Source: an uncultured bacterium (lineage in GTDB: Bacteria; Acidobacteriota; HRBIN11; JAKEFK01). From it: a stretch of DNA of 64,000 bases. A program made the position numbers and the translations under genes. Positions 41,083 to 50,938 of this stretch are shown in pieces (the first letter of the stretch is position 1; every line of letters begins with the position of its first letter). The stretch is taken from contig CAVZQN010000004.1 in the NCBI GenBank assembly GCA_963777505.1, positions 512,001 to 576,000 on the forward strand, written 5' to 3'. Below the pieces are notes generated by a model, which ran no database searches, had not been told where the DNA came from, and worked only from the letters and a program-made list of their open reading frames with translations.

Positions 41083-42428
41083 GACGCAACTTCAGCATCT
41101 CGTTTCTTCAAAATCATTTTCATTCCGTACTTTGGCCGCAATGTAATGGATGGCTGCAATACGACCGGATGATTTGGAACGAGATCGAGTTGAAATGCAC
41201 GAAGAATTGTTACCATCAGCAATACAGCTTCCATCATTGCGAAGGAATTTCCGATACATTGACGTGGTCCTCCGCTAAACGGAAAATATGCATACTTCGG
41301 AATCCTTTTCAGTAAATCATCTGCCCATCGTTCCGGATGAAATTCCAATGGATTTTCAAAGAATCGTGGATCTCTGTGCGTGACATACTGACTTAAGAAA
41401 ATTGTTGTTCCTGCTGGAACATGATACCCACCGATTTCACAATCGCTTATCGCTTCGCGTCCATATCCATAAGCCGGGGGATAAAGACGCATTGATTCCA
41501 GGATGACCATCTCCGCATATTTGAGGTTTGCTAAATCATCGACAGAAGCGTTCCGATCTTCCAACACATTTCCGCACTCCTCCAATAGTTTCGATCTAAC
41601 AACTGGATGCTGTGATAGCAAATACAACGTCCATGACAGTGCGATCGCTGTCGTTTCGTGACCTGCTAAAAAGAGTGTGATGATTTCGTCTCGCAACTGA
41701 GTATCTGTCATACCGCTCCCATCTTCATCACGAGCATTCAGCAGCATGGAAAGTAAATCGCCAGTTTCATCTTTGGTACTTCTACGGCTCTTGATAATGC
41801 TGTAGATCATGTCATCAAATTTTCTGATAGCTTTTTTGAATCGGATGTTGCCAGGTGTTGGAATAGACTCTGGAAGAAAAAATGGTCTTCCAAAGCGGGA
41901 TTGAAATTCCTGCATAACGACTTCCATTGCATTGCCCACATCTTTTGATTCTTTACTTACGTCGGCATTGAAGAGTGTTTTGGCAACAATTTGCATTGTG
42001 AGTGCCATGATATCCTCGTGCACATCACGTGTTTGCCCATCCTGCCAATGCCCGAGCATACGCTTTGTGTACTCGACCATTATTTCTCCGTACAACGCAA
42101 TTCTGTTTTTATGAAATGCGGGTTGCGCAAGTCTGCGCTGCCGGATCCAAAAATCCCCTTCACTTGTTAGCAAGCCTGTCCCAAACAAGCTTGTAAGATG
42201 GCGCCAAATTTTATGCTTCTTGAAATTGCGATTTGCGGTAACAAGTACATACTCAATGTCATCAGGATGTAGAATTAAGTAGGAGTGCAAGTTTGGAATT
42301 CTGAACCGTACGACATCTCCATATTCTTTTGCGCATTGCAAGAACATGCCTAGAATGTCACGCCGGAATTCAGGTAAATTTCCTAGCAGCCAATTGCCTT
42401 TGGGTCCGGGCGGAAGTTTTTGAGCCAT
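41079..42428 (-). CDS. Cytochrome P450
   Basis: [28 protein letters not shown]. Confidence 0.95.
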   Translation of the reverse strand: MAQKLPPGPKGNWLLGNLPEFRRDILGMFLQCAKEYGDVVRFRIPNLHSYLILHPDDIEYVLVTANRNFKKHKIWRHLTSLFGTGLLTSEGDFWIRQRRLAQPAFHKNRIALYGEIMVEYTKRMLGHWQDGQTRDVHEDIMALTMQIVAKTLFNADVSKESKDVGNAMEVVMQEFQSRFGRPFFLPESIPTPGNIRFKKAIRKFDDMIYSIIKSRRSTKDETGDLLSMLLNARDEDGSGMTDTQLRDEIITLFLAGHETTAIALSWTLYLLSQHPVVRSKLLEECGNVLEDRNASVDDLANLKYAEMVILESMRLYPPAYGYGREAISDCEIGGYHVPAGTTIFLSQYVTHRDPRFFENPLEFHPERWADDLLKRIPKYAYFPFSGGPRQCIGNSFAMMEAVLLMVTILRAFQLDLVPNHPVVLQPSITLRPKYGMKMILKKRDAEVAS

Positions 42429-42497
42429 CAAATTATTTTGTCCCAAAACTTGTAATGATAGGTTTATTTTGAGTGAAATAATAATAATGTAATACGT

Positions 42498-43289
42498 ATG
42501 TTCAACAAACGAGCCGCAATCCTTATTGTGCTTTTTATATTCTCATTTCTACTGACTCTTCGCTCCGACGTTTCGTTTGATCGAAAAACTTTTACAATTC
42601 GTGATGAAGCGCTGCCTTATCGAATTCTGTTTCCCGATGGCTTTGTTGCGGATCACAAATATCCGTTGTTATTTGTCCTGCATGGCGCCGGTGAACGTGG
42701 CAATGATAATGAGTTGCAACTAACTCATGGCGCAAGTTTATTTCTAAAGGATGCGGTGCGAAAGAAGTATCCGGCTATTGTTGTTTTTCCACAGTGTCCA
42801 TTGGATAGTTACTGGTCAAATGTCGATCGCCAATCCCAAAATGGGGAGAAGCGGAATTTTGTGTTTCGTGAAAACGGTGAGCCCACAAAAGCGATGTGGT
42901 TATTGATAGGTTTGATTGATTCCTTGCTAACAAAACCATACGTTGATAAACAACGAGTTTACGTTGGTGGCTTATCCATGGGGGGTATGGGAACATTCGA
43001 ATTGCTTTCTCGAAAACCGGATCTGTTTGCTGCAGCCTTTGTGATTTGCGGCGGAGGACATCCTAAAACGGTACAAAAATATGCGAAGAAAGTGCCGTTA
43101 TGGATTTTCCATGGCGCAAAAGATGACGTTGTTCCACTGTCTTCTTCAGAAATCATGGTGAACGCTCTAAAAACGGCTGGTGCAAATCCCCGCTTTACAG
43201 TCTATCCCGATGCTGATCATGATAGTTGGACGCCGGCATTTGCCGAACCGGACCTCCTTTCCTGGCTTTTTGCCATTCAACGAAACTAG
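42498..43289 (+). CDS. Exported esterase / phospholipase-carboxylesterase
   Basis: LHGAGERG, GLSMGG, FHGAKDDVV, HDSW. Confidence 0.85.
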   Translation: MFNKRAAILIVLFIFSFLLTLRSDVSFDRKTFTIRDEALPYRILFPDGFVADHKYPLLFVLHGAGERGNDNELQLTHGASLFLKDAVRKKYPAIVVFPQCPLDSYWSNVDRQSQNGEKRNFVFRENGEPTKAMWLLIGLIDSLLTKPYVDKQRVYVGGLSMGGMGTFELLSRKPDLFAAAFVICGGGHPKTVQKYAKKVPLWIFHGAKDDVVPLSSSEIMVNALKTAGANPRFTVYPDADHDSWTPAFAEPDLLSWLFAIQRN

Positions 43290-43398
43290 CATAGTCCTTT
43301 GTGCTCCTCTTCTTTTCCATGCTATATTCTGTGCTATATCTAAGTGAAATTCCCGCCAGTTCTACAAAGTCTGGGGAAAAAATACTTTTTGTAGCTGA

Positions 43399-45978
43399 AT
43401 GACGTTCCTAAAATTTCTTCTATTGATTGCTTCCATCGGCATGGCCGGATGGAGTGTGCGATATCTTATTTCTCCCAAAAACGAAGACAGATCCGGAACG
43501 CTGAGTTTACGGCTCGTAGAATATTTTAAGACGTTCCTGACCGGCTTTGGTTTTGCTTCCATAGTCCTTTTCTTCATTGCTCTAGCGGGATTTTTTGAGC
43601 TGGAAATAATCTTCATTGCCTTTTTAATTCCGGCTGTCGTTTATTTCGTAACAAAATATTTCCGCAAACGAGGTTTGAGGCTTTTACAATTGAGTTACTA
43701 CCTTGTGTGTTGTTTGATATTCGGATGCGTTTGTTTCGGGTTAGGAAAAATCGCGAAACCTTTTGAAGCAGTGATACAGGCGGATGATGCATCCGTATAT
43801 ATCGGTTCAGCCTTTCGACTCGCCAACTCCGGAAGTTTGACCTACGAAGATCCTCTTGTTCTTGAAATGACGCCACAGGAACGGAATCAGGTTTTTGATA
43901 ATCGTTTTGTAACAGATACAACCGGTGAAAAAATCCGTTTCCCCGGTGGTGCGCGGCTGAGTAATTCTTCAAAAGGAACAATTGTTTTTTCTTTTTATCA
44001 CTTATTTCCTATCTGGCTAGCCTTGGGAATTCAGTCGTTAGGTCAACACTCATTCTTGAATATTCTGAGCGTGTTTTTCGCTTTGAAATTGCTCAGCTTA
44101 TTTTTTCTTGCTCGCGTACTCGGAGGATGGTTGTTGGGGATCTCAGTACCTGTCGTTTGTTTCTTCTTTTATCCCCAACTTTATTTTGCTTTGATGCCTA
44201 CTTCAGAACTTCTTGCGGAAACTTTATTTTTATCGGGTCTTTTGACACTTGTTGCAGGATCAAAACTTCAACCGTCTATGAATTCCAATGAGCAATGGCT
44301 CGTAGGGATTCTCTGGGGCGCATTATTTCTTTGCCGTCTCGAGTCACTTTATATTTTGTCTCTTACATTGGTACTTGTTTTTACGACTATTCCAGCTCTA
44401 ACAAGAGATTTGTCTCGATGGCGCATTCTTATCTTGCAATTAGTCTTTTTTGCCTTTACAGCCTTGTATTACCAGGTTGCCAGAGGTGAGTATCTTTACG
44501 TTCTTACATCGGGTCACTATCTTCGGAATCAAACGCTTGTGCATATCACAATCGAGTTGTTAGGTTCAGCAACGAAATTTGTAGAAAGTAACCCGTTCTT
44601 TGCTCTTCTTGCATTCCTGGGTGGTACGGCGATCGTAATGGGTGGAGTGTGGCGATTAATTTCGGCAATAGATCGCTCGCACCGCTTCTGGCTCAAAGCT
44701 GGAATTGGAATCTTCCTTGTTGGAATCTTGCTCGCGCCGATGTTTGCGCCATGGGTCAGTGTTGTTAGAGTCGTTCGTCACTTACGATGGATTGCTCTTT
44801 ATTTTTCGCCTCCGATTCTATTAACCCTCTTTGCTGGAATCCTTTTTTATCTTTACAAGAAGCTTCGCGAGCCGAACAGAAGTATAACGTTGGCCATCTT
44901 TATTCTATTTTGCCTTCCTGCCGTAGTTTATGTAATTCGTCCCATGGTCAATCTTGATCAACCCTGGGGGACAAGAAAATTTGTGCCGATGATCTTTCCA
45001 TTATTCTTTGTCATTTCTCTCTGTGGCTGGCAAGATTACTTCAAATTTATTTTTAACAAATCACAGTTAGTTGCCAAAAGTGCGTTTTGTTTTCTCATTT
45101 CACTGATGACCCTTTTCTTTTTGGGAAGATCGCAATACTTGCTGACAGATAATCTATTTTCTGATCTGATCGTTCAAACGCGAAAGCTTGCGGAAAACAT
45201 TCCCCAAAATGGATTGATTGTAATTCCCGAATCCTGGGCGGGAATGCATCTGCAGATGCCTCTTCAGTATTTAGAAGAATTCGATACGATTTTGCTTCCT
45301 GTTGAAAAAAGCCGGAACAATAAATTATTGCCCTATGTGGAGTCCTTTTTGAGTCGTCAAATCAAAAAGCGTCCTGTGGTGATTTTACTAAAATCGCCCT
45401 ACGATCCTCCACTTCCGCTGCGAAATTCATTCAATCTGAAGTTTGGAAGTAAAATGGAATTCGCTTTTTTACACGTTCCACAGAAAAGACAATTCATATT
45501 TCCAGAACGATCGGAGAAAGTAATATTGGATGTTTCGATTTTCAATCTTACTTCGAAAGTAAATACGTATCGCGATAGACTTGGAATCCGATACGACGAT
45601 CCTAATGTAAGTTTTGTGAATTTCTTCGATAAAGAAAACGGATTCCGGTGGACTCAACAAAGAAGTACGATTCAGGGTTTTGTTTTCCAAATTGATACAA
45701 AAGTGACTGCGGCACGGATTTCAACTTGTTTCCTCCCGTCTCAAAATGAAGTAAATGATGGTGAAATTCAAGTCTTGATTAATGATCGTTTTCCGGCGCC
45801 TTTCGCAAGAAGAGAAGGCACTGACTTCATCTTTGATATTGATCAAACAACGGTTCCTGAGATTTCAAGTTTTACAATTTTTTCTAAAACTTTTAGCCCT
45901 TCAGAAAAAGGAATTAATCTGGATCCCCGTCAGCTCGGTATTTGTTTTAACGAATTGACAATTCATTCTGTGAGATGA
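43399..45978 (+). CDS. Large polytopic membrane protein, probable GT-C fold glycosyltransferase
   Basis: More than 12 TM, DDASVY loop, SELL, PWGTRKFVP; C-terminal GFRWT...D.RQLG soluble domain. Confidence 0.6.
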   Translation: MTFLKFLLLIASIGMAGWSVRYLISPKNEDRSGTLSLRLVEYFKTFLTGFGFASIVLFFIALAGFFELEIIFIAFLIPAVVYFVTKYFRKRGLRLLQLSYYLVCCLIFGCVCFGLGKIAKPFEAVIQADDASVYIGSAFRLANSGSLTYEDPLVLEMTPQERNQVFDNRFVTDTTGEKIRFPGGARLSNSSKGTIVFSFYHLFPIWLALGIQSLGQHSFLNILSVFFALKLLSLFFLARVLGGWLLGISVPVVCFFFYPQLYFALMPTSELLAETLFLSGLLTLVAGSKLQPSMNSNEQWLVGILWGALFLCRLESLYILSLTLVLVFTTIPALTRDLSRWRILILQLVFFAFTALYYQVARGEYLYVLTSGHYLRNQTLVHITIELLGSATKFVESNPFFALLAFLGGTAIVMGGVWRLISAIDRSHRFWLKAGIGIFLVGILLAPMFAPWVSVVRVVRHLRWIALYFSPPILLTLFAGILFYLYKKLREPNRSITLAIFILFCLPAVVYVIRPMVNLDQPWGTRKFVPMIFPLFFVISLCGWQDYFKFIFNKSQLVAKSAFCFLISLMTLFFLGRSQYLLTDNLFSDLIVQTRKLAENIPQNGLIVIPESWAGMHLQMPLQYLEEFDTILLPVEKSRNNKLLPYVESFLSRQIKKRPVVILLKSPYDPPLPLRNSFNLKFGSKMEFAFLHVPQKRQFIFPERSEKVILDVSIFNLTSKVNTYRDRLGIRYDDPNVSFVNFFDKENGFRWTQQRSTIQGFVFQIDTKVTAARISTCFLPSQNEVNDGEIQVLINDRFPAPFARREGTDFIFDIDQTTVPEISSFTIFSKTFSPSEKGINLDPRQLGICFNELTIHSVR

Positions 45979-46036
45979 TCGACCCTCATTGCAAAATTCT
46001 TTTCTAAACCAATGTTTTATTTGAGAGTTGATGTTA

Positions 46037-46813
46037 ATGGGAAGACTGCCTGCAATATTTTTTGGTCATGGAAACCCCATGAATGCCATTCAACAAAACA
46101 AATATACGAAGGAATGGCATAGGATTGGACAAACCATTGAGCGTCCGAAAGCAATTCTTTGTATTTCCGCGCACTGGTATATTCCGCAAACGAGCGTAAC
46201 AATTTCTTCGCCGCCACAAACGATTCATGACTTTGGTGGTTTTCCGCCCGAACTTTATCAGGTTCAGTATCCCGCTCCAGGGAGTCCCGAACTTGCGAAC
46301 AATTTGCAAGAAATATTGATGCCTTTAGAAGTCCTTGGTTCGGATAATTGGGGTTTAGATCACGGAACGTGGTCCGTACTCTGTCATGTATTTCCAAATG
46401 CCGATATTCCAGTTGTTCAACTCAGCATTGATGAAACTCAGCCGCCATCATTCCATTTTGAATTGGGGAAAAAGCTTTCACCGTTACGTGAAAAGGGTGT
46501 GTTGATCATTGGTAGTGGAAATATGGTGCATAACCTCCACACGTATGCATGGGGGCGTCATAATCCAGAGCCGTATGATTGGGCCGTTCGTTTCGAATTG
46601 CAGGCAAGAGAACTTCTAAATTCCGGTGAATTTCAACCATTGATCGACTATGAAACTCTTGGCCGCGATGCCTTGCTTTCTATTCCTACTCCGGATCACT
46701 ACTTGCCTTTACTCTATGTGATCGCTACCAAAAGATCTGATGAAGCAATCTCCTTTCCTGTCGAAGGTGTGGATGGAGGTTCAGTTTCTATGCTGAGTGT
46801 GCAGGTCGGCTAA
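46037..46813 (+). CDS. ygiD: 4,5-DOPA extradiol dioxygenase family (LigB fold)
   Basis: GHGNPMN, ISAHW, TIHDFGGFP, GLDHGTW, SGN.VHNL, PTPDHYLPL. Confidence 0.9.
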   Translation: MGRLPAIFFGHGNPMNAIQQNKYTKEWHRIGQTIERPKAILCISAHWYIPQTSVTISSPPQTIHDFGGFPPELYQVQYPAPGSPELANNLQEILMPLEVLGSDNWGLDHGTWSVLCHVFPNADIPVVQLSIDETQPPSFHFELGKKLSPLREKGVLIIGSGNMVHNLHTYAWGRHNPEPYDWAVRFELQARELLNSGEFQPLIDYETLGRDALLSIPTPDHYLPLLYVIATKRSDEAISFPVEGVDGGSVSMLSVQVG

Positions 46814-46875
46814 AGAATGATTGACTTGATCCCCCTTGAATCAATTTTCCGCAAGAAAGAATAGGAGACAATACT

Positions 46876-47217
46876 ATGAAACCGATTCAAGGACCTTCTC
46901 AACAGTCGATTGCGTTTCCAAAACTCGATGGATCCGATAAAAATGCAGCACATATTCAAGCGCCTGCCTCCACCGAACAGCCGCAACAAGCTGATACTTC
47001 AAAGAGCTATTCCTCACAGATACCAGAAGCCAAATTGCAGGGTAATCTGCGTGCTATGGAATTGAATTCAGCATATCAACACAATCAGTCTGATTTCGAT
47101 TTTATTCGATCCAGAAATCCAGGTTCAGAAAATAATCTGGAGCCGTCTAAGATTGAATATCCAAACCTGGTTTTTGCAAAGGATCCGAAAAGTGTCAAAG
47201 ATTCAAATGATGAATGA
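46876..47217 (+). CDS. Orphan hydrophilic protein with a disordered N-terminus
   Basis: RBS AGGAG; fills the intergenic gap. Confidence 0.6.
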   Translation: MKPIQGPSQQSIAFPKLDGSDKNAAHIQAPASTEQPQQADTSKSYSSQIPEAKLQGNLRAMELNSAYQHNQSDFDFIRSRNPGSENNLEPSKIEYPNLVFAKDPKSVKDSNDE

Positions 47218-47243
47218 TCTGCGACCGTTTCTACATTAATTCG

Positions 47244-47849
47244 TTATCGATTCTTGCGAGTTGCGCTCTCCAAAGGAGCAATAATCCAGCTAATAGCATG
47301 AAGAGATTTTCCCTGGCTTCGTCTCGACTGACGAAATTTCTTTTCAATTTTTTCCAATAATCGTCCGATCTCTGCAATGTCTTTTTTGTTTAACCAGGCC
47401 GTCATGCGCGCTCCCCATAAATTTCTGTATCTTCCCCTTACGGAGGCCCTTGTTGAGTTTGCTCCAGTCACAAAATCCTTTTGCGCAACACGCAGCAAGG
47501 AAGAAATCATCTTCAAAAGTAATTTCACACTTTTCGGATTCGAGAGATCATACTCAACCTTTAGCTCATTCCCTGGTATGTTAAATATCTCTTCATGCCG
47601 CCTTTTAGCTGCCCGTTTTCCTTTATTGATGAGCAGTCCAGCTCGTTCCAGTTTGTGAAGATGATAGTAGACGGTGTCATGCGGAAGCCCTAGATCATCA
47701 GCAATCTCTGCTGCGGAACAATTTCCTCTGGCGCGGACACTATCCAGAATTTCCTGCCTGACCTGAGAGACAAGAAGTATTAATTGTTCGGGCTTGTGAA
47801 TCTTAAAAATCGACGGGCGAATCGGTGTTTTCGAAGTTGTTCGGGCCAT
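47244..47849 (-). CDS. ArsR-like winged-HTH transcriptional regulator
   Basis: RQEILD, SAAEIA..LG...TVYYHL.KLERAGLL. Confidence 0.8.
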   Translation of the reverse strand: MARTTSKTPIRPSIFKIHKPEQLILLVSQVRQEILDSVRARGNCSAAEIADDLGLPHDTVYYHLHKLERAGLLINKGKRAAKRRHEEIFNIPGNELKVEYDLSNPKSVKLLLKMISSLLRVAQKDFVTGANSTRASVRGRYRNLWGARMTAWLNKKDIAEIGRLLEKIEKKFRQSRRSQGKSLHAISWIIAPLESATRKNR

Positions 47850-47886
47850 AATTATTGAAAAACCTCAGCGTAATTTCAATAATTAT
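47848..47886. promoter_or_regulatory. Operator-like inverted repeat
   Basis: ATAATTATTGAAA-N13-TTTCAATAATTAT overlapping the regulator start codon. Confidence 0.7.
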
Positions 47887-47967
47887 TATATACCGGACAT
47901 AAACAACGCCCATTACTTTCTTGGCTCCTTTTCTTGCAACTTTATGGAAGTGAAATAAGCTATTGTG

Positions 47968-49209
47968 ATGAATTGGCATACGCTCGGCCCGGGTGATTTA
48001 GCTTTAAGCGAATGGCAGGCTGCTGGATTAAAGCTGCCCGATCTTGCACAAATTCGTCACTATCGTTTGGAACAGGTGCGCCAACATTTACGTAAGTTCG
48101 ATTACGCTGGCATCGTCTTGTTTGATCCGATTAATATCCGCTATGCCACAGACAGCACAAATATGCAGATCTGGATCATGCACAATGCAGCGCGTTACGC
48201 ATTTGTCCCAACTGAAGGCCCGGTCGTTTTGTTTGATGATCCGGACTGCAAGTTACTCATCAGCCACAGCGATATTATTGATGAGATGCGGACAGCAACG
48301 TGTTGGTATTATTTTGGTGCAGGTAACCGGTATCCGGAATTGGCGCGGCAATGGGCAACTGAAATCGCTGATCTGGTGAGAGAACATGGCGGCGGCAACA
48401 CTCGCTTAGCAATCGATCGTTGCAATCCGGAAGGAGTGCAAGCCTTAAATTCAGAAGGCATTCAGGTTTTTAACGGTGAAGAGGTGATGGAATTATCTCG
48501 CTCTATCAAATGTGCAGAAGAGATTAAAGCGATGCGTTGTGCAATTCATGCCTGTGAGCAGTCCTTAGAAGTAATGCGTCATCACCTGGTTCCTGGAGTT
48601 TCGGAGCAGCGGCTGTGGAGTTATTTGCATGCGGAAAATATTGCTCGCGGTGGTGAGTGGATCGAAACCCGTCTACTGGCATCCGGTCATCGGACTAACC
48701 CATGGTATCAAGAGTGCAGCAGCCGCATAATCGAACCTGGCGATTTCGTCGCCTTTGATACGGATATGATCGGCCCTTATGGAATGTGCGTAGACATTTC
48801 GCGGACGTGGATTTGCGGCAGCGCGACTCCAACTTCAGAGCAACGCGAAATTTATGACATGGCTTATGAGCAGATTCTGCGTAATACCGCATGTTTAAAA
48901 CCCGGATTGACTTTCAAAGAATTGACTTACGATACCTTCCAGTACGATCCGGAAGAATTTCATTACTACTCATGCCTGTATCACGGTGTAGGACTCTGCG
49001 ACGAATATCCAAGCATCTACTTTCCATCTTCATGGGAGTCTACTGGTTATGATGGTGTGTTAGAGCCAGGAATGGTTTTGTGTGTTGAGAGTTTCGTTGG
49101 GCGAAGATCTGGTGGTCCCGGTGTCAAGTTAGAAGAACAGGTGTTGATTACGGATAACGGGCATGAATTGTTATCGCGCTATCCAATCAATGTGATTCTA
49201 ACGAATTAG
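47968..49209 (+). CDS. M24B-family metalloenzyme, DddP (DMSP lyase)-like
   Basis: GP..LA..EW..AGL.LPDL, DP.NIRYATDSTNMQ.W, HAENI.RGGEWIETRLLASG.RTNPW.QEC, DTD, D.SRTW, HGVGLCDE, KLEEQ. Confidence 0.8.
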   Translation: MNWHTLGPGDLALSEWQAAGLKLPDLAQIRHYRLEQVRQHLRKFDYAGIVLFDPINIRYATDSTNMQIWIMHNAARYAFVPTEGPVVLFDDPDCKLLISHSDIIDEMRTATCWYYFGAGNRYPELARQWATEIADLVREHGGGNTRLAIDRCNPEGVQALNSEGIQVFNGEEVMELSRSIKCAEEIKAMRCAIHACEQSLEVMRHHLVPGVSEQRLWSYLHAENIARGGEWIETRLLASGHRTNPWYQECSSRIIEPGDFVAFDTDMIGPYGMCVDISRTWICGSATPTSEQREIYDMAYEQILRNTACLKPGLTFKELTYDTFQYDPEEFHYYSCLYHGVGLCDEYPSIYFPSSWESTGYDGVLEPGMVLCVESFVGRRSGGPGVKLEEQVLITDNGHELLSRYPINVILTN

Positions 49210-50256
49210 AGCTACAACATTCGTGCGTCTGACTCCTTCAGCAATGCACCTTACAAGCGGACCGGCATAGCGTGCGCCGTTGTCTCTTTCCGGATCATAG
49301 ATCGTGAAGTTGATGCCAACAATGCGTCCAGAAGCACACAAAGCGCTGACCAAATCAGCTAATTGCGCATAGTTAAATCCTGGGGTTCCCGGTGAGTCTA
49401 CAGCAGGCATGACTGCTTGATCGAGTACATCCAGATCGACATGCATCCATACTTTGTCTAAATGCTTTTCCTGTAGCTTCGCGATGACGTTTCGCGCGAC
49501 AGTAGTGATACCTTTAGCAAGAATATGCTGAATTGTGAACTGCGTAATTTTGGTACGTAAAATATCGCCATAGGAATACATGAAGCCTGGACTTTCGGCA
49601 TCGCGTTCTCCTAATTGAATAATCTCAGTATCATTTGCGAGCGGTTTACCAATGTTTGGCCAATCGGTGAGTAACTGCTCACCGCGTCCACTTGCTAGAG
49701 CCAGATCCATTCCAGCGACAGATCCCAATCGCCCTTTCGAATCATAGTTTCCGGGATGGAAGAAATCGCTGTGTCCATCGATGTGCACGAGTCCTCTTCC
49801 TCCAGCGAGACGCATACCATACAGACTGCCCAGAAGGATGCTGCAATCGCCGCCAATCACGACCGGAAATCGATCCTTCTTTAGAAGATCTTGTACCTTC
49901 GCCGATAATTTCAATGAGAACTCACGAATCGTTTGACCATTCCGTATTCTTGTTCCGGATTGTGCATTGAACTCATACTTCGGTCGATCGAGTGACACAA
50001 TTTCTTCAGCATCCAGTTCGCGAGCCAAACCTGCATCCATCAATACTTGAGGTGCGCGCCATGCACCAGGTTCGCCACCCGTTTCAGTGGGTCGCAGTCC
50101 CAAATTACTGGGTGCCAGTACAAGACTGATTTTTTTCTGCTTCACTTGATCTGCATATGCCCATTTATCGGCAAACAAAATAGCACCGGCCGCCATTGCA
50201 AACTCTCGCCGCGTTATCAACTTGTGAAATTCAGTTCGCTTTTCCTGATTCATCAC
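49198..50256 (-). CDS. Arginase/ureohydrolase-family protein with a twin-arginine signal
   Basis: TRREF..A.A signal; GGDCS, DGHSD, HVDLDVLD. Confidence 0.82.
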   Translation of the reverse strand: MMNQEKRTEFHKLITRREFAMAAGAILFADKWAYADQVKQKKISLVLAPSNLGLRPTETGGEPGAWRAPQVLMDAGLARELDAEEIVSLDRPKYEFNAQSGTRIRNGQTIREFSLKLSAKVQDLLKKDRFPVVIGGDCSILLGSLYGMRLAGGRGLVHIDGHSDFFHPGNYDSKGRLGSVAGMDLALASGRGEQLLTDWPNIGKPLANDTEIIQLGERDAESPGFMYSYGDILRTKITQFTIQHILAKGITTVARNVIAKLQEKHLDKVWMHVDLDVLDQAVMPAVDSPGTPGFNYAQLADLVSALCASGRIVGINFTIYDPERDNGARYAGPLVRCIAEGVRRTNVVALIR

Positions 50257-50267
50257 TTACCAGTACA

Positions 50268-50825
50268 TTACGAAATCCTTTTGAATTCCATGATCCAATT
50301 TGATTTCCACGTTTTACCATCATCAGATGAAAAAGATTGTTCCCAGCGCGCGGAAGTCGGTGTGATGTGTGACCAGGTGTAACGCACACGCATTGGTTTT
50401 CCTTTGTCCATGTAATCGGAATAAAAATTTCCGACACCGTTTTCAAAACGACCTACAACCGGCGGGTCGAGAGGTCCTGATGGATAACGTCCATCAAGCC
50501 ACCAAATTGACCATTGACTCGTTTTCGGATCATACGAGCGTAGCCCAACTGCACGATACGCACCACTGGGTGAGTTGAGAGAATGCTCTTCCATGTTAGC
50601 CAAACCATCCATAAGCAGGCGATTGCTGCATGTTCCATCGAATTCCACCCATTCAGTACGATCGGCCGGAATGCGGCGATGTTGAACACGCCACTCGCCA
50701 ACAAGAAAATCGAAATCGCGCGACCCGGTTACGTTTGTATCAGTTGAAAGCTTTGAAACATTTTGTGAAGAGCCTGCCGAGGCAAAGCAGCATATTAAAG
50801 CCGCAATAGTAAATATGATTTTCAT
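50268..50825 (-). CDS. Exported DUF1579-like protein
   Basis: Signal peptide; DFDFLVGEW, W.IWWLD, RWEQ.FS.D.GKTW..NW. Confidence 0.7.
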   Translation of the reverse strand: MKIIFTIAALICCFASAGSSQNVSKLSTDTNVTGSRDFDFLVGEWRVQHRRIPADRTEWVEFDGTCSNRLLMDGLANMEEHSLNSPSGAYRAVGLRSYDPKTSQWSIWWLDGRYPSGPLDPPVVGRFENGVGNFYSDYMDKGKPMRVRYTWSHITPTSARWEQSFSSDDGKTWKSNWIMEFKRIS

Positions 50826-50872
50826 GCAATCCTCCATTCGCGCAAACTTCTTATGAGAGTTATTTTTGAGTA

Positions 50873-50923
50873 GAATTGGTCTCTTCACAAGAGCCAATTC
50901 TGGACAACTCTTGTAGACCAATT
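50873..50923. promoter_or_regulatory. MocR-type operator region
   Basis: GAATTGG.CTCTT...AAGAG.CCAATTC plus TGGAC...GACCAATT between the divergent genes. Confidence 0.6.
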
Positions 50924-50938
50924 TAAAATCGTAGAAGT

